DNA of 64,000 nucleotides from contig DASZUK010000004.1 in the NCBI GenBank assembly GCA_035547695.1, positions 1,299 to 65,298 of the forward strand, written 5' to 3'. This DNA is from Acidimicrobiales bacterium. Its GTDB lineage: Bacteria; Actinomycetota; Acidimicrobiia; Acidimicrobiales; RAAP-2. Shown here in pieces: positions 26,215 to 34,840 of the stretch. The position numbers and the translations under genes were made by a program. Within the stretch, counting starts at the first letter, position 1. Each line of letters starts with the position of its first letter. The notes under the pieces were generated by a model. It had not been told where the DNA came from. It did no database searches and was given only the letters and a program-made list of their open reading frames with translations.

Positions 26215-27333
26215 GTGATCGTCGGGGTCCCGAAAGAGGTGAAGGAGGACGAGTACCGGGTGGCCATCACGCCGGCCGGCGTCCGGGAGCTGGTGTCGCA
26301 CGGCCACGTGGTGCAGGTCGAGAAGGGGGCGGGGGAGGGGTCGTCGATCACCGACGACGAGTTCGTGGCCACCGGGGCGGTGATGGTGACCGACCCCGAC
26401 GAGATCTGGGCCGCCGCCGACATGGTGCTCGGCGTCAAGGAGCCGGTCCCCGAGGAGTACCCCCGGTTGGCCCTGCGGACCGACCAGGTCCTGTTCACCT
26501 ACCTGCACCTGGCCGCCTCCCGGTCGTGCACCGACGCCCTGCTGGCCGCCGGCAACACCGCCATCGCCTACGAGACCGTCCGGCTGCCCGACGGGTCCCT
26601 CCCGCTGCTCACCCCCATGAGCGAGGTGGCCGGCCGCATGGCCCCGTTCATGGGCGCCCACCACCTCATGCGCCCCGGCGGCGGCCGCGGCAGCCTCATC
26701 TGCGGGGTGCCCGGGGTGGAAGCGGCCAAGGTGGTCATCCTGGGCGCCGGCGTCGCCGGCATGGCCGCCGCCACCCTGGCGGTGGGGATGCACGCCAACG
26801 TGTTCATCCTCGACCGCAACCTGGAGCGGCTGCGGCAGGTCGACCACCACTTCCGCGGCGCCCTGGAGACCGTGGCGTCCAGCACCCACGCCGTCGAGCA
26901 CGTCTGCGAGGACGCCGACCTGGTCATCGGCGCCGTCCTGGTCGTCGGCGCCCGCACCCCCAAGCTGGTTTCCGACGACCTGGTGGCCCGGATGCCGGCC
27001 GGTTCGGTGCTGGTGGACATCTCCGTCGACCAGGGCGGCTGCTTCGAGTCCACCCGGCCCACCACCCACTCCCACCCCACCTTCGACGTCAACGGGTCCA
27101 TCTTCTACTGCGTCGCCAACATGCCCGGGGCGGTGCCCCACAGCTCCACCCACGCGCTGGTCAACGCCACCCTGCCGTACACCCTGGAGATCGCCGACCG
27201 CGGCTGGAAGGACGCGGTCCGGGCCGATCCGGCCCTGGCCCAGGGGGTCAACGTGGTGGACGGGTCGGTGGTCTGTGCCCCGGTGGCCGATGCCCACGGG
27301 CTGGACTACGTGCCCCTCGCGTCGGTGCTCTGA
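26215..27333 (+). CDS. ald: L-alanine dehydrogenase
   Basis: Motifs: VIVGVPKEVKEDEYRVAITP, KVVILGAGVAGMAAA (NAD site), DISVDQGGCFE and FYCVANMPGAVP. An AAGGAG SD lies 9 nt upstream of GTG 26215. Confidence 0.93.
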   Translation: MIVGVPKEVKEDEYRVAITPAGVRELVSHGHVVQVEKGAGEGSSITDDEFVATGAVMVTDPDEIWAAADMVLGVKEPVPEEYPRLALRTDQVLFTYLHLAASRSCTDALLAAGNTAIAYETVRLPDGSLPLLTPMSEVAGRMAPFMGAHHLMRPGGGRGSLICGVPGVEAAKVVILGAGVAGMAAATLAVGMHANVFILDRNLERLRQVDHHFRGALETVASSTHAVEHVCEDADLVIGAVLVVGARTPKLVSDDLVARMPAGSVLVDISVDQGGCFESTRPTTHSHPTFDVNGSIFYCVANMPGAVPHSSTHALVNATLPYTLEIADRGWKDAVRADPALAQGVNVVDGSVVCAPVADAHGLDYVPLASVL

Positions 27334-27416
27334 ACCGGGGCCCGAGCCGCCGGCCCGGGGAGACGCCTCAACGAGGGCGAAGGCTGCTCAGCCGGCGGCC
27401 AGTGCGTCCCACCCGG

Positions 27417-27614
27417 TCAACGCCATGCCTCCGAACGGTCGACCAGCGGGACCTCGATGAGCACGTCCAAAGCCCTTTCGAGTCCCTCCTCCCGGTCAGC
27501 GACGGCCAGTCGCAGCGCCTGGCCCACGGTGTCCTTGATGGTGGTCGTGCCCACGGGACGTTTCCGCGGAGACGTCCCGTCCCGGGGGCCGTCCAGGTAC
27601 CGGTCCACACCCAC
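27417..27614 (-). CDS. small hypothetical protein (65 aa), weakly VapB/RHH-antitoxin-like, no partner
   Basis: MGVDRYLDGPRDGTSPRKRPVGTTTIKDTVGQALRLAVADREEGLERALDVLIEVPLVDRSEAWR. By hand count about 80% of third positions are G/C. It is the only coherent frame in the 295-bp gap. Confidence 0.35.
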   Translation of the reverse strand: MGVDRYLDGPRDGTSPRKRPVGTTTIKDTVGQALRLAVADREEGLERALDVLIEVPLVDRSEAWR

Positions 27615-27627
27615 CTACGCTTGGTGG

Positions 27628-28449
27628 ATGGCGCCGCCACCCCTCACCCTCATGGCCGTCCACGCCCACCCCGACGACGAGGCCACCGGGACCGGCGGCA
27701 TCCTGGCCCGGTACTCCGACGAGGGCGTCCGCACCGTCCTGGTCACCTGCACCAACGGCGAGCTCGGTGACGCGCCGGGCGGCACCAAGCCGGGGGAGCC
27801 GGGGCACGACGTGGCCGAGATCGTGGCCCTCCGCCGCCAGGAGCTGGAGGCAAGCTGCGCGGTGCTCGGCGTCACCGACCTGGAGCTGCTGGGCTACCAC
27901 GACTCCGGCATGATGGGCTGGCCGCAGAACGACGCCCCCCATGCCTTCTGGAACACCCCGGTCGACGTGGCCGCCGACCGCCTGGCCGAGCTGATGGACC
28001 GGTACCGCCCGCAGGTGGTGGTCACCTACGACGAGAACGGCTTCTACGGCCACCCCGACCACATCCAGGCCAACCGGATCACCCTGGCCGCCGCCCGGGC
28101 CACCGGCATCCCGGACAAGCTGTACTACACCGCCGTCCCCCGCTCCATCATCGCCGGGTTCGGTGACCTGCTGCGCGAGCAGGGCATCGAGCCGCCCGGG
28201 GAGGTGGTCGAGGACCCCGACTTCGGCACCCCCGACGAGCTGGTCACCACCGCCGTCGACTGCACCGGCTGGACCGACCGCAAGTACGACAGCCTGGCCG
28301 CCCACGCCAGCCAGTCCGAGAACATCTTCTTCCTCCGGCTGGGCCGCCCGCTGTTCGCCACGGTGTTCGGCCGCGAGATGTTCGTCCGGGTCGACGACCG
28401 GACGCGGGCACCGGTGCCCGAGGACGACCTGTTCGCCGGGCTGCGCTGA
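27628..28449 (+). CDS. mca: PIG-L/LmbE-family deacetylase, mycothiol S-conjugate amidase (Mca)-like
   Basis: Motifs: LMAVHAHPDDE, TYDENGFYGHPDHIQ and AHASQ, with a C-terminal LFAGL as in mycobacterial Mca. ATG 27652 is an alternative start. Confidence 0.8.
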   Translation: MAPPPLTLMAVHAHPDDEATGTGGILARYSDEGVRTVLVTCTNGELGDAPGGTKPGEPGHDVAEIVALRRQELEASCAVLGVTDLELLGYHDSGMMGWPQNDAPHAFWNTPVDVAADRLAELMDRYRPQVVVTYDENGFYGHPDHIQANRITLAAARATGIPDKLYYTAVPRSIIAGFGDLLREQGIEPPGEVVEDPDFGTPDELVTTAVDCTGWTDRKYDSLAAHASQSENIFFLRLGRPLFATVFGREMFVRVDDRTRAPVPEDDLFAGLR

Positions 28450-28491
28450 CCACCGGCGGCCGGGCGGGGCGGACGGAGGCAGGGGGCGGAG

Positions 28492-30453
28492 GTGGCCGGC
28501 ACCGCGACGATGCGGCCCGCAGGGGACGTGGCCGCTCGTGGGCCCGGGCCCGACGCCCACCGGACCGGGTCCGGCCGGCGGCCGTGGGGCGGCTGGAGGG
28601 AAGTCGGCGTCGTCGCCTTCTTCGTGGCCGTCGGGGTGTTCGCCTGCTGGCAGGCCGTCGGGACCGGCCACCTCTCCACCGCCGTCACCTGTTCCTGCGG
28701 AGACCCCGCCCAGGAGCTGTGGTGGCTCGAGTGGTTCCCCTGGGCCGTGGCCCACGGCCACGACCTGTTCCACACCGACCTCATGTACGCCGGCGCCGGC
28801 GGGGTCAGCGCCCTGGCCAACACCTCCTACCTCCTGCCCGCCGCCGTCCTGTCCCCGGTCACGGTGGCCGCCGGGCCGATCGCCTCGTTCAACGTCGCCA
28901 TGGTGCTGTCGGTGGCCCTGTCGTCGTGGGCCATGTACCGGTTCCTGTCCCGGCTGGCCGGCTCCCTGGCCGCCACGGTGCTGCCGGCCACCCTGTACGG
29001 GCTGTCCCCGTTCATGGTCGCCAACCTCCCCCTCGGGCACCTGAACCTGACCATGGCCTGGTACCCGCCGGTGGTGGCCTCCGTCGCCTACGACACCGTG
29101 CTCGGCCGACGACGGTCCCCGGTCCGGCTGGGCGTGGTCCTGGCGGCGGCCACCGTGGCCCAGTTCTTCACCGGCACCGAGCTGCTGGCCATGACCGGCA
29201 TCGGGGCCGTGGTGGGGGTCGCCCTGGGCCTCCTGCTGGCCCCCCGGCGGATCTGGCCGGCCCGGCACCGGGCGCTCCGGGTCGGCGGCCTCGCCGCCGC
29301 CATCGCCGTCCCGGTCCTGGCCTACCCGCTGTGGTACACCCTGTTCGGGCCCCGGCACGTCACCGGGGTCATCTGGCCGAAGGCGTCCGCGGGCGACCTG
29401 GTGTCGTCCCTGGTCGACCAGGGACCGCTGGTGCACCACAGCTATCCCGAGCTGGCCCAGATCGGCTACCGCGGTGCGGTCGGGTTGCCGGTGGGGTACA
29501 TCGGGTGGCCGGTACTGGTCTTCCTGTTGGCGTCCGTCTGGCTGTGGTGGCGATCGCGGCTGATCTGGGTGGCCTGCGGGGTCGGGCTGTGCTTCTGGTG
29601 GTTGTCCCTCGGGTCGCGGCACGGCCCGCTCTACCCCTGGAACGGCCTGCGGCACGTGCCGGTGCTCCAGCAGATCCAGCCGCAGCGGTTCTCGCAGTTC
29701 GTCGTCCTCGTCGTCTGCCTGCTGATGGCCGTCGCCCTGGACCGGTGGCGGTCCTGGCTGGTCGCCAGGTGGCGGTCGTCCGCCGGGGCACCGTCCGGCG
29801 CCGTGGTCGCGGCCGTCGGCATCGGCCTGGTGCTGTCGATCGCCGGCTGGTACACCCTTCCGTTCACCGAGGCGTCCACACCACCGCCGCAGGCGCTGAC
29901 CGCCGACCGGGGCCGGTTCGACCCGGCGACACGGCTGCTGCTCATCCCGTACCCGTCCTCGGAGGTCAGCTCCGGCATGGGCTGGCAGGCCGAACTGGAC
30001 ATGCCGTTCGCCATCGCCGGCGGGTACGTCGTCGTGCCCGGCCGGAACGGCCACGACGACGCCTGGGTGTCCAAGCCGGGAGGGGCGCTGCCGGTCCTGG
30101 ACACCCTGTCCTACGGGTACGGCCGGTCGGTGGTCCCGTCGGCGGCCCAGTTGCGCGCCGTCCGCCAACTGCTGCAGCGGACCGGGGTGACCAGGGTCAT
30201 CGTCACCACACAGGGCCGGAACCCGATCTTCGCCGCCACCCTCATGACCGCGGTGATCGGGCGGCCGCCGACGTTCCACGACGGGGCCTGGGAGTGGGAC
30301 CTGGCGTCGACCCCGATGGGCCCCATGGCGCCCCGGTCGACCCTCCGGAGGTGCGCGGCGCAGGTCCGCCTCACCGACCTGCAGGCCGGCCTCCGGTGCA
30401 TCAACTCGGCCGTTGGGCGCTCGGCCGTCAGGGGCTCGGCCGTTGGGCGCTGA
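28492..30453 (+). CDS. large polytopic membrane protein, family not recognised (GT-C-like topology?)
   Basis: 653-aa ORF with more than 10 hydrophobic segments. An acidic/aromatic first loop reads GDPAQELWWLEWFPWAVAHGHDLFHTD. The soluble C-terminal part is about 170 aa. Confidence 0.7.
   Translation: MAGTATMRPAGDVAARGPGPDAHRTGSGRRPWGGWREVGVVAFFVAVGVFACWQAVGTGHLSTAVTCSCGDPAQELWWLEWFPWAVAHGHDLFHTDLMYAGAGGVSALANTSYLLPAAVLSPVTVAAGPIASFNVAMVLSVALSSWAMYRFLSRLAGSLAATVLPATLYGLSPFMVANLPLGHLNLTMAWYPPVVASVAYDTVLGRRRSPVRLGVVLAAATVAQFFTGTELLAMTGIGAVVGVALGLLLAPRRIWPARHRALRVGGLAAAIAVPVLAYPLWYTLFGPRHVTGVIWPKASAGDLVSSLVDQGPLVHHSYPELAQIGYRGAVGLPVGYIGWPVLVFLLASVWLWWRSRLIWVACGVGLCFWWLSLGSRHGPLYPWNGLRHVPVLQQIQPQRFSQFVVLVVCLLMAVALDRWRSWLVARWRSSAGAPSGAVVAAVGIGLVLSIAGWYTLPFTEASTPPPQALTADRGRFDPATRLLLIPYPSSEVSSGMGWQAELDMPFAIAGGYVVVPGRNGHDDAWVSKPGGALPVLDTLSYGYGRSVVPSAAQLRAVRQLLQRTGVTRVIVTTQGRNPIFAATLMTAVIGRPPTFHDGAWEWDLASTPMGPMAPRSTLRRCAAQVRLTDLQAGLRCINSAVGRSAVRGSAVGR
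30405..30451. repeat. 17-bp direct repeat (30-bp period) covering the marR stop / membrane-protein 3' end
   Basis: ctcggccgttgggcgct occurs at 30405-30421 and 30435-30451. Confidence 0.85.
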
Positions 30454-30970
30454 GCACCGAGTCGGCCGCGGCCACCTTGGCCAGCAGGTCCCGGAGCCGG
30501 CGCTGGTCGGCCGGAGCCAGCCGCAGGAACGCCGGTGGGGTCTCGTCCATCAGCGCCCTCGCCCGGGCCAGCACCTCGCGGCCCTGGTCGGTGAGCACCA
30601 CCGTCTTGACCCGCCGGTCGGTCGGGTGGGCGCGACGCTCGGCCAGGCCGTTGGCCTCCAACCCGTCGACCAGCGAGGTGCAGTAGGACGCGTCGACGTT
30701 GAAGTGGTCGGCCAGGTCCCGCATGGACGGCGGCGGCTCCCGGTCCTGGCCCAACCGGCCGACGGTCAGCATGGCCTTGACCAGGTTCACCGGCAGGCCG
30801 ACCTGCCGGCAGGCCTCGTGCAGCCGGGTGTGGGCCTCCCCTTCGAGGACGAGGGAGTACACCAGGCGCCAGGCCTCGGCGGCTTCCGCTCCGGTGTCGG
30901 GCGCTCCCGTTTCGGGCACGGCCGCTGACGGTACGGTCAATGGTGGTTCCTTGTCAACTTTCGGATTCAT
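30428..30970 (-). CDS. MarR-family transcriptional regulator
   Basis: It has the winged helix MRDLADHFNVDASYCTSLVDGLEANGLAERRAHPTDRRVKTVVLTDQG. The start is ATG 30970. It overlaps the previous gene convergently by 26 nt. Confidence 0.88.
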   Translation of the reverse strand: MNPKVDKEPPLTVPSAAVPETGAPDTGAEAAEAWRLVYSLVLEGEAHTRLHEACRQVGLPVNLVKAMLTVGRLGQDREPPPSMRDLADHFNVDASYCTSLVDGLEANGLAERRAHPTDRRVKTVVLTDQGREVLARARALMDETPPAFLRLAPADQRRLRDLLAKVAAADSVLSAQRPSP

Positions 30971-31031
30971 CAAAGGTAGAGGATAGTCGATATTTGACAA
31001 CTTCAAAGTGTTCTTCGTAGCCTGAGGACCC
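30971..31031. promoter_or_regulatory. AT-rich divergent promoter/operator region of marR and the MFS gene (both apparently leaderless)
   Basis: Plus strand: TTGACA (30994-30999), 18 nt, TAGCCT, 8 nt, ATG 31032. Minus strand: TTGTCA, 16 nt, TACCTT, 2 nt, ATG 30970. The TTGTCAA/TTGACAA inverted arms lie at 30951-30957 and 30994-31000. Confidence 0.5.
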
Positions 31032-32651
31032 ATGAGCGAGACGACCCCCGCCGCCCGCCCCGGCCGCTCTGCCCGCCCCGGCCGCTCTGCCGACCGCCCC
31101 GCCGCCCGCCCCGCCGACCGCCCCATCCTGGCCCCGGCGGCGTCGACCGAGAACCCGTTGAAGGACCCGGTGCTCCGCCGGCTGTCCATGGTGGTGATCC
31201 TCGGGGCGATCATGTCCATCCTGGACACCACCATCGTCAACGTCGCCATCGAGACGTTGAGCCGCGACTTCCACACGTCGCTGTCCACCATCCAGTGGGT
31301 CATCACCGGGTACCTGCTGGCCCTGGCCATCGTCATCCCCATGTCCGGCTGGATGGTGGAGCGGTTCGGGGCCAAGCGGATGTGGATGATCTCCCTCGGG
31401 CTGTTCACCGTCGGCTCCGCGCTGTGCGGGCTGTCGTGGTCGGCCAGCAGCATGATCGTCTTCCGCATCCTGCAGGGGCTGGGCGGCGGCATGATCATGC
31501 CGGTCGGCCAGACCATCCTGGCCCGGGCGGCCGGGCCGCAGCGGATGGGCCGGGTGATGTCCGTCCTGGGGGTGCCCACCCTGATCGCCCCGGTGCTGGG
31601 CCCGGTGCTGGGCGGCCTGATCGTGGACAACACCACCTGGCGGTGGATCTTCTTCGTCAACGTCCCCATCGGGGCCGTCGCCCTGCTGCTGTCCGCCCGG
31701 TTCCTGGTCCACGACCCCACCCACGACGCCGGCCGGTTCGACTTCGTGGGCGTCGCCCTGCTGTCCCCCGGCCTGGCCGCCCTGGTGTACGGGCTGTCCG
31801 AAGCCGGCGGCGGCAGCGGGTTCGGCGGCACCACCGTCGTCGTGCCCCTGGTGATCGGGGCGGTGCTGTGCGCCGCCTTCGTGGCCCACGCCCTGCGGAT
31901 CGACCGGCCGCTGCTGGACATGCGGCTGTTCAGGGACCGCAGCTTCTCCATGGCCAACCTGGCCACCTTCGTGTTCGGGGCCGTGCTGTACGGCGGCATG
32001 TTCCTGTTGCCGCTCTACTACCAACTGGTCCGGGGGGAGAGCGCCCTGATGGCCGGCCTGCTGATGGCCCCCCAGGGCCTCGGGGCCGCCCTGACCATGC
32101 CGTGGGGCGGCCGCATGACCGACCGGATCGGGGCCGGCAAGGTGGTGCCCATCGGCATGGTGGTGGTGCTGCTGGGCACCCTGGCCTACACCCAGGTGGG
32201 GGCGGACACCGGGTACGGCTGGCTGGCCCTCGCCCTGTTCGTCCGGGGGCTCGGGATGGGGTGGGTGATGATGCCGGTGATGGCCGCGGCGTACGTCAAC
32301 CTGACCCATGCCACCGTGCCCCGGGCCACTACCGTCATCAACATCCTGATGCGCGTGGGGGGCTCCCTCGGCACCGCCCTGGTCGCCGTGGTCCTCCAGC
32401 GCCAGATCGCCGACCGCCTGCCCAGCTTCGCCGGCATCCTGGGCTCGGCGCCGTCGTCCGGCAACGCCAAGCTGCCCGAACCGGTGGCCGCCAAGCTGGC
32501 CGGCTCGTTCGGGTACTCCTTCTGGATCGTCATCGCCATCACCGCGGTCGGCCTGGTGGCGGCTCTGGTGCTGCCGAAGGGTCGGCCGGCCCCGGCCGGC
32601 GCGCCGGGCGGCGGCGAGGGGGCCACGGTGGCGGCCCCCCTGGCGGACTGA
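31032..32651 (+). CDS. MFS transporter, DHA2 (EmrB/QacA, 14-TMS) family
   Basis: 539-aa ORF with ILDTTIVNVAIETL, FRILQGLGGGMIMP and WRWIFFVNVPIG. Confidence 0.9.
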   Translation: MSETTPAARPGRSARPGRSADRPAARPADRPILAPAASTENPLKDPVLRRLSMVVILGAIMSILDTTIVNVAIETLSRDFHTSLSTIQWVITGYLLALAIVIPMSGWMVERFGAKRMWMISLGLFTVGSALCGLSWSASSMIVFRILQGLGGGMIMPVGQTILARAAGPQRMGRVMSVLGVPTLIAPVLGPVLGGLIVDNTTWRWIFFVNVPIGAVALLLSARFLVHDPTHDAGRFDFVGVALLSPGLAALVYGLSEAGGGSGFGGTTVVVPLVIGAVLCAAFVAHALRIDRPLLDMRLFRDRSFSMANLATFVFGAVLYGGMFLLPLYYQLVRGESALMAGLLMAPQGLGAALTMPWGGRMTDRIGAGKVVPIGMVVVLLGTLAYTQVGADTGYGWLALALFVRGLGMGWVMMPVMAAAYVNLTHATVPRATTVINILMRVGGSLGTALVAVVLQRQIADRLPSFAGILGSAPSSGNAKLPEPVAAKLAGSFGYSFWIVIAITAVGLVAALVLPKGRPAPAGAPGGGEGATVAAPLAD

Positions 32652-32988
32652 CAGCCGCGCCGGCCGGGGACCGCGCCGTTGTGCGGCCCGTCCCCACCGG
32701 CTAGGGTCGCATCGGTTTTCCGCCGGGCCTGCCCGGATGCGACGGTGACCGTTCCACGATCGGGGGTTCCTTGCGGCGAGCGGGCCCCGGGGAGCCGGCA
32801 GGCTGCCGGCCCCGGGGCCGCCGCCGCTCCACAGACTCGGAGCCCAGGGTCCTCGAACCAGGGCCCTCGAACCGGAAGTACATGAAAATCACTGGAACAT
32901 CGCGTGCTTAAAAAAGTCTTCGCGAAACCTCAGCGTTTTCCTATGAAACTCCGAACTGATCCCCAGGTTTCCCTGGAAGCCTGGAGGC

Positions 32989-33624
32989 GTGGAACGGCAT
33001 CCAGGCACCTTGTGGCTGGTCCGGCACGGCGAGAGCACTTGGAACGCGCTGGGGCTGGTGCAGGGCCAGAAGGCGGAGCCGGAGCTGACCCCACGGGGTA
33101 GGGACCAGGCCGAAGCGGTCGCCCGGGCCCTGTCGTCGTCGCTGGCCGGCCGATCGCTGCGGGCGGTGTACTCCAGCGACCTCCGGCGGGCCGTCCAGAC
33201 CGCGGCGCCGGTCACCGCCGCCCTGGGCCTGGCCGCCGTGGCCGACCCTCGGCTGCGGGAGCGCAGTTTCGGCGACGTCGAGGGGCTGCCGTCTAGGCTG
33301 TTGGGCACGCAGCACTCCGGGTTCGACGGCGAGCGGGTGGTCGACGCCGACGCGTCGCCGCCCGGTGGGGAGTCGATCCGGGACCTGGTGGGACGGACGG
33401 CCGGCTTCGTGGAGGATGTCCTGGTCGGCGTCGGTGCCGGCGAGGTCGACGACGGGACGGGCGGTGACGTGGTGCTGGTGGTCCATGGCGGGGTGGTCCG
33501 GGCGCTGCTGGCCTGGCTCGACGGGGTCGAACCGGACCGCATGGCCTGGGGCGCGGTCGGGAACGGGCTGGTCGTGGGCCGGCCGTTGGCCGCCACCCGC
33601 CGGGCATCGATGTCGGCCGCCTGA
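32989..33624 (+). CDS. histidine phosphatase family protein (phosphoglycerate-mutase-like)
   Basis: It has LWLVRHGESTWNALG (the RHGE catalytic motif), SDLRRAVQTA and VVHGGVVRAL. Confidence 0.85.
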   Translation: MERHPGTLWLVRHGESTWNALGLVQGQKAEPELTPRGRDQAEAVARALSSSLAGRSLRAVYSSDLRRAVQTAAPVTAALGLAAVADPRLRERSFGDVEGLPSRLLGTQHSGFDGERVVDADASPPGGESIRDLVGRTAGFVEDVLVGVGAGEVDDGTGGDVVLVVHGGVVRALLAWLDGVEPDRMAWGAVGNGLVVGRPLAATRRASMSAA

Positions 33625-33651
33625 GCGGCCGAGGCGCGAAAGGAAGCGTGC

Positions 33652-34428
33652 ATGAACCACAGCGCTCTGCAGTTGCCGCAGCGGGCCGTCAAGCCCCGAC
33701 GGGTGGGGGTGACCATGGTGGTGGACGGCGGCCTGCCGCTGGGCACCCTGCGCGACATCGTGGCCAGCGCCGGGGAGTACCTGGACTTCGTCAAGTTCGG
33801 CTGGGGCACCGCGGTGGTGTCCTGCCAACTGGCCGACAAGGTGGCGCTGCTGCAGGACAGCGGCATCGCCTACTACTTCGGCGGCACCCTGTTCGAGAAG
33901 CACGTCCTCCAGGGCCGCTTCGAGGAGTTCCGGGCCCTCTGCCACGAGTTCTCCTGCAGCCACGTCGAGGTGTCCAACGGCACCGTCGACATGTCCAACC
34001 AGGAGAAGGCCGGCTACGTCCGGAAGCTGTCCGACGAGTTCACCGTGGTCTCCGAGGTGGGGTTCAAGGACTCGACACGGTCCGAGAAGCTGATGCCGAA
34101 GCGCTGGATCGAGTACATCCGGGAGGACCTGGAGGCCGGCGCCGCCCTGGTCACCCTGGAGTCCCGGGAGAGCGGCCGGTCCGGCATCTGCCGGCCCAAC
34201 GGCGAGCTCCGGTTCGGCCTCATCGAGGAGCTGCTGGGCGGCGAGGTGCCGACGGACCGCCTGATGTTCGAGGCCCCCACCAACACCCTGCAGGCCTACT
34301 TCGTCAGCCGGGTCGGCTACGACGTCAACCTGGGCAACGTGCCGCCCACCGGGGTCATCAGCCTGGAGACCCTGCGGCTCGGGCTGCGGGCGGACACCCT
34401 GACCGAGTTCGAAGAGCCGCGCCGGTGA
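33652..34428 (+). CDS. comA: phosphosulfolactate synthase (ComA family, PEP + sulfite -> phosphosulfolactate)
   Basis: 258-aa ORF colinear with archaeal ComA. Motifs: YLDFVKFGWGT, GGTLFE, VEVSNG, ESRESG and VISLETLRLGLRADT. Confidence 0.88.
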   Translation: MNHSALQLPQRAVKPRRVGVTMVVDGGLPLGTLRDIVASAGEYLDFVKFGWGTAVVSCQLADKVALLQDSGIAYYFGGTLFEKHVLQGRFEEFRALCHEFSCSHVEVSNGTVDMSNQEKAGYVRKLSDEFTVVSEVGFKDSTRSEKLMPKRWIEYIREDLEAGAALVTLESRESGRSGICRPNGELRFGLIEELLGGEVPTDRLMFEAPTNTLQAYFVSRVGYDVNLGNVPPTGVISLETLRLGLRADTLTEFEEPRR

Positions 34429-34838
34429 GGGAGCAGGGCGACGCCTTCCACCTGGCCGTCCCCGCCTTCGACCTGCGGGCGACCCAGCACTTCTACGTGG
34501 ACCTGCTCGGCTGCAAGCTGGCCCGGACCTACGACGACCGGATCACCGTCGACTTCTTCGGCGACCAACTGGTCTGCCACCTGACCGACCCCGGCCCGGA
34601 CTGGAAGCCGGGCGGCCCCCTGTCCCTGTACCCGCGGCACTTCGGGGTGACCTTCCGCCGGGCCGACGACTTCGACGCCCTGTACGACCTGGTCCAGCTC
34701 CGGAAGGTGCCGATGTTCCGCGACGTCGCCGTCCGGTTCGACGGCACCGCCGAGGTGCACCGCACCTTCGTCCTCCGGGACCCCTCGGACAACCTGGTCG
34801 AGTTCAAGCACTACCGCGACCCCCGGATGATGTACTGA
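34425..34838 (+). CDS. VOC (glyoxalase/bleomycin-resistance/dioxygenase fold) family protein
   Basis: The start overlaps the comA stop as GTGA. Motifs: AFHLAVPAFDLRATQHFYVDLLGC, YPRHFGV and LRDPSDNLVEFKHY. Confidence 0.72.
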   Translation: MREQGDAFHLAVPAFDLRATQHFYVDLLGCKLARTYDDRITVDFFGDQLVCHLTDPGPDWKPGGPLSLYPRHFGVTFRRADDFDALYDLVQLRKVPMFRDVAVRFDGTAEVHRTFVLRDPSDNLVEFKHYRDPRMMY

Positions 34839-34840
34839 CC

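Noticed and set aside
27334-27416. Toxin partner for the antitoxin-like small ORF.
   Set aside because: Only 83 nt separate its stop from the ald stop, and no ORF fits on either side.
32845-32872. tRNA-like TCGAACC motifs.
   Set aside because: They are two copies of a 14-bp tandem repeat. No complementary T-stem, acceptor stem or anticodon arm can be drawn on either strand.
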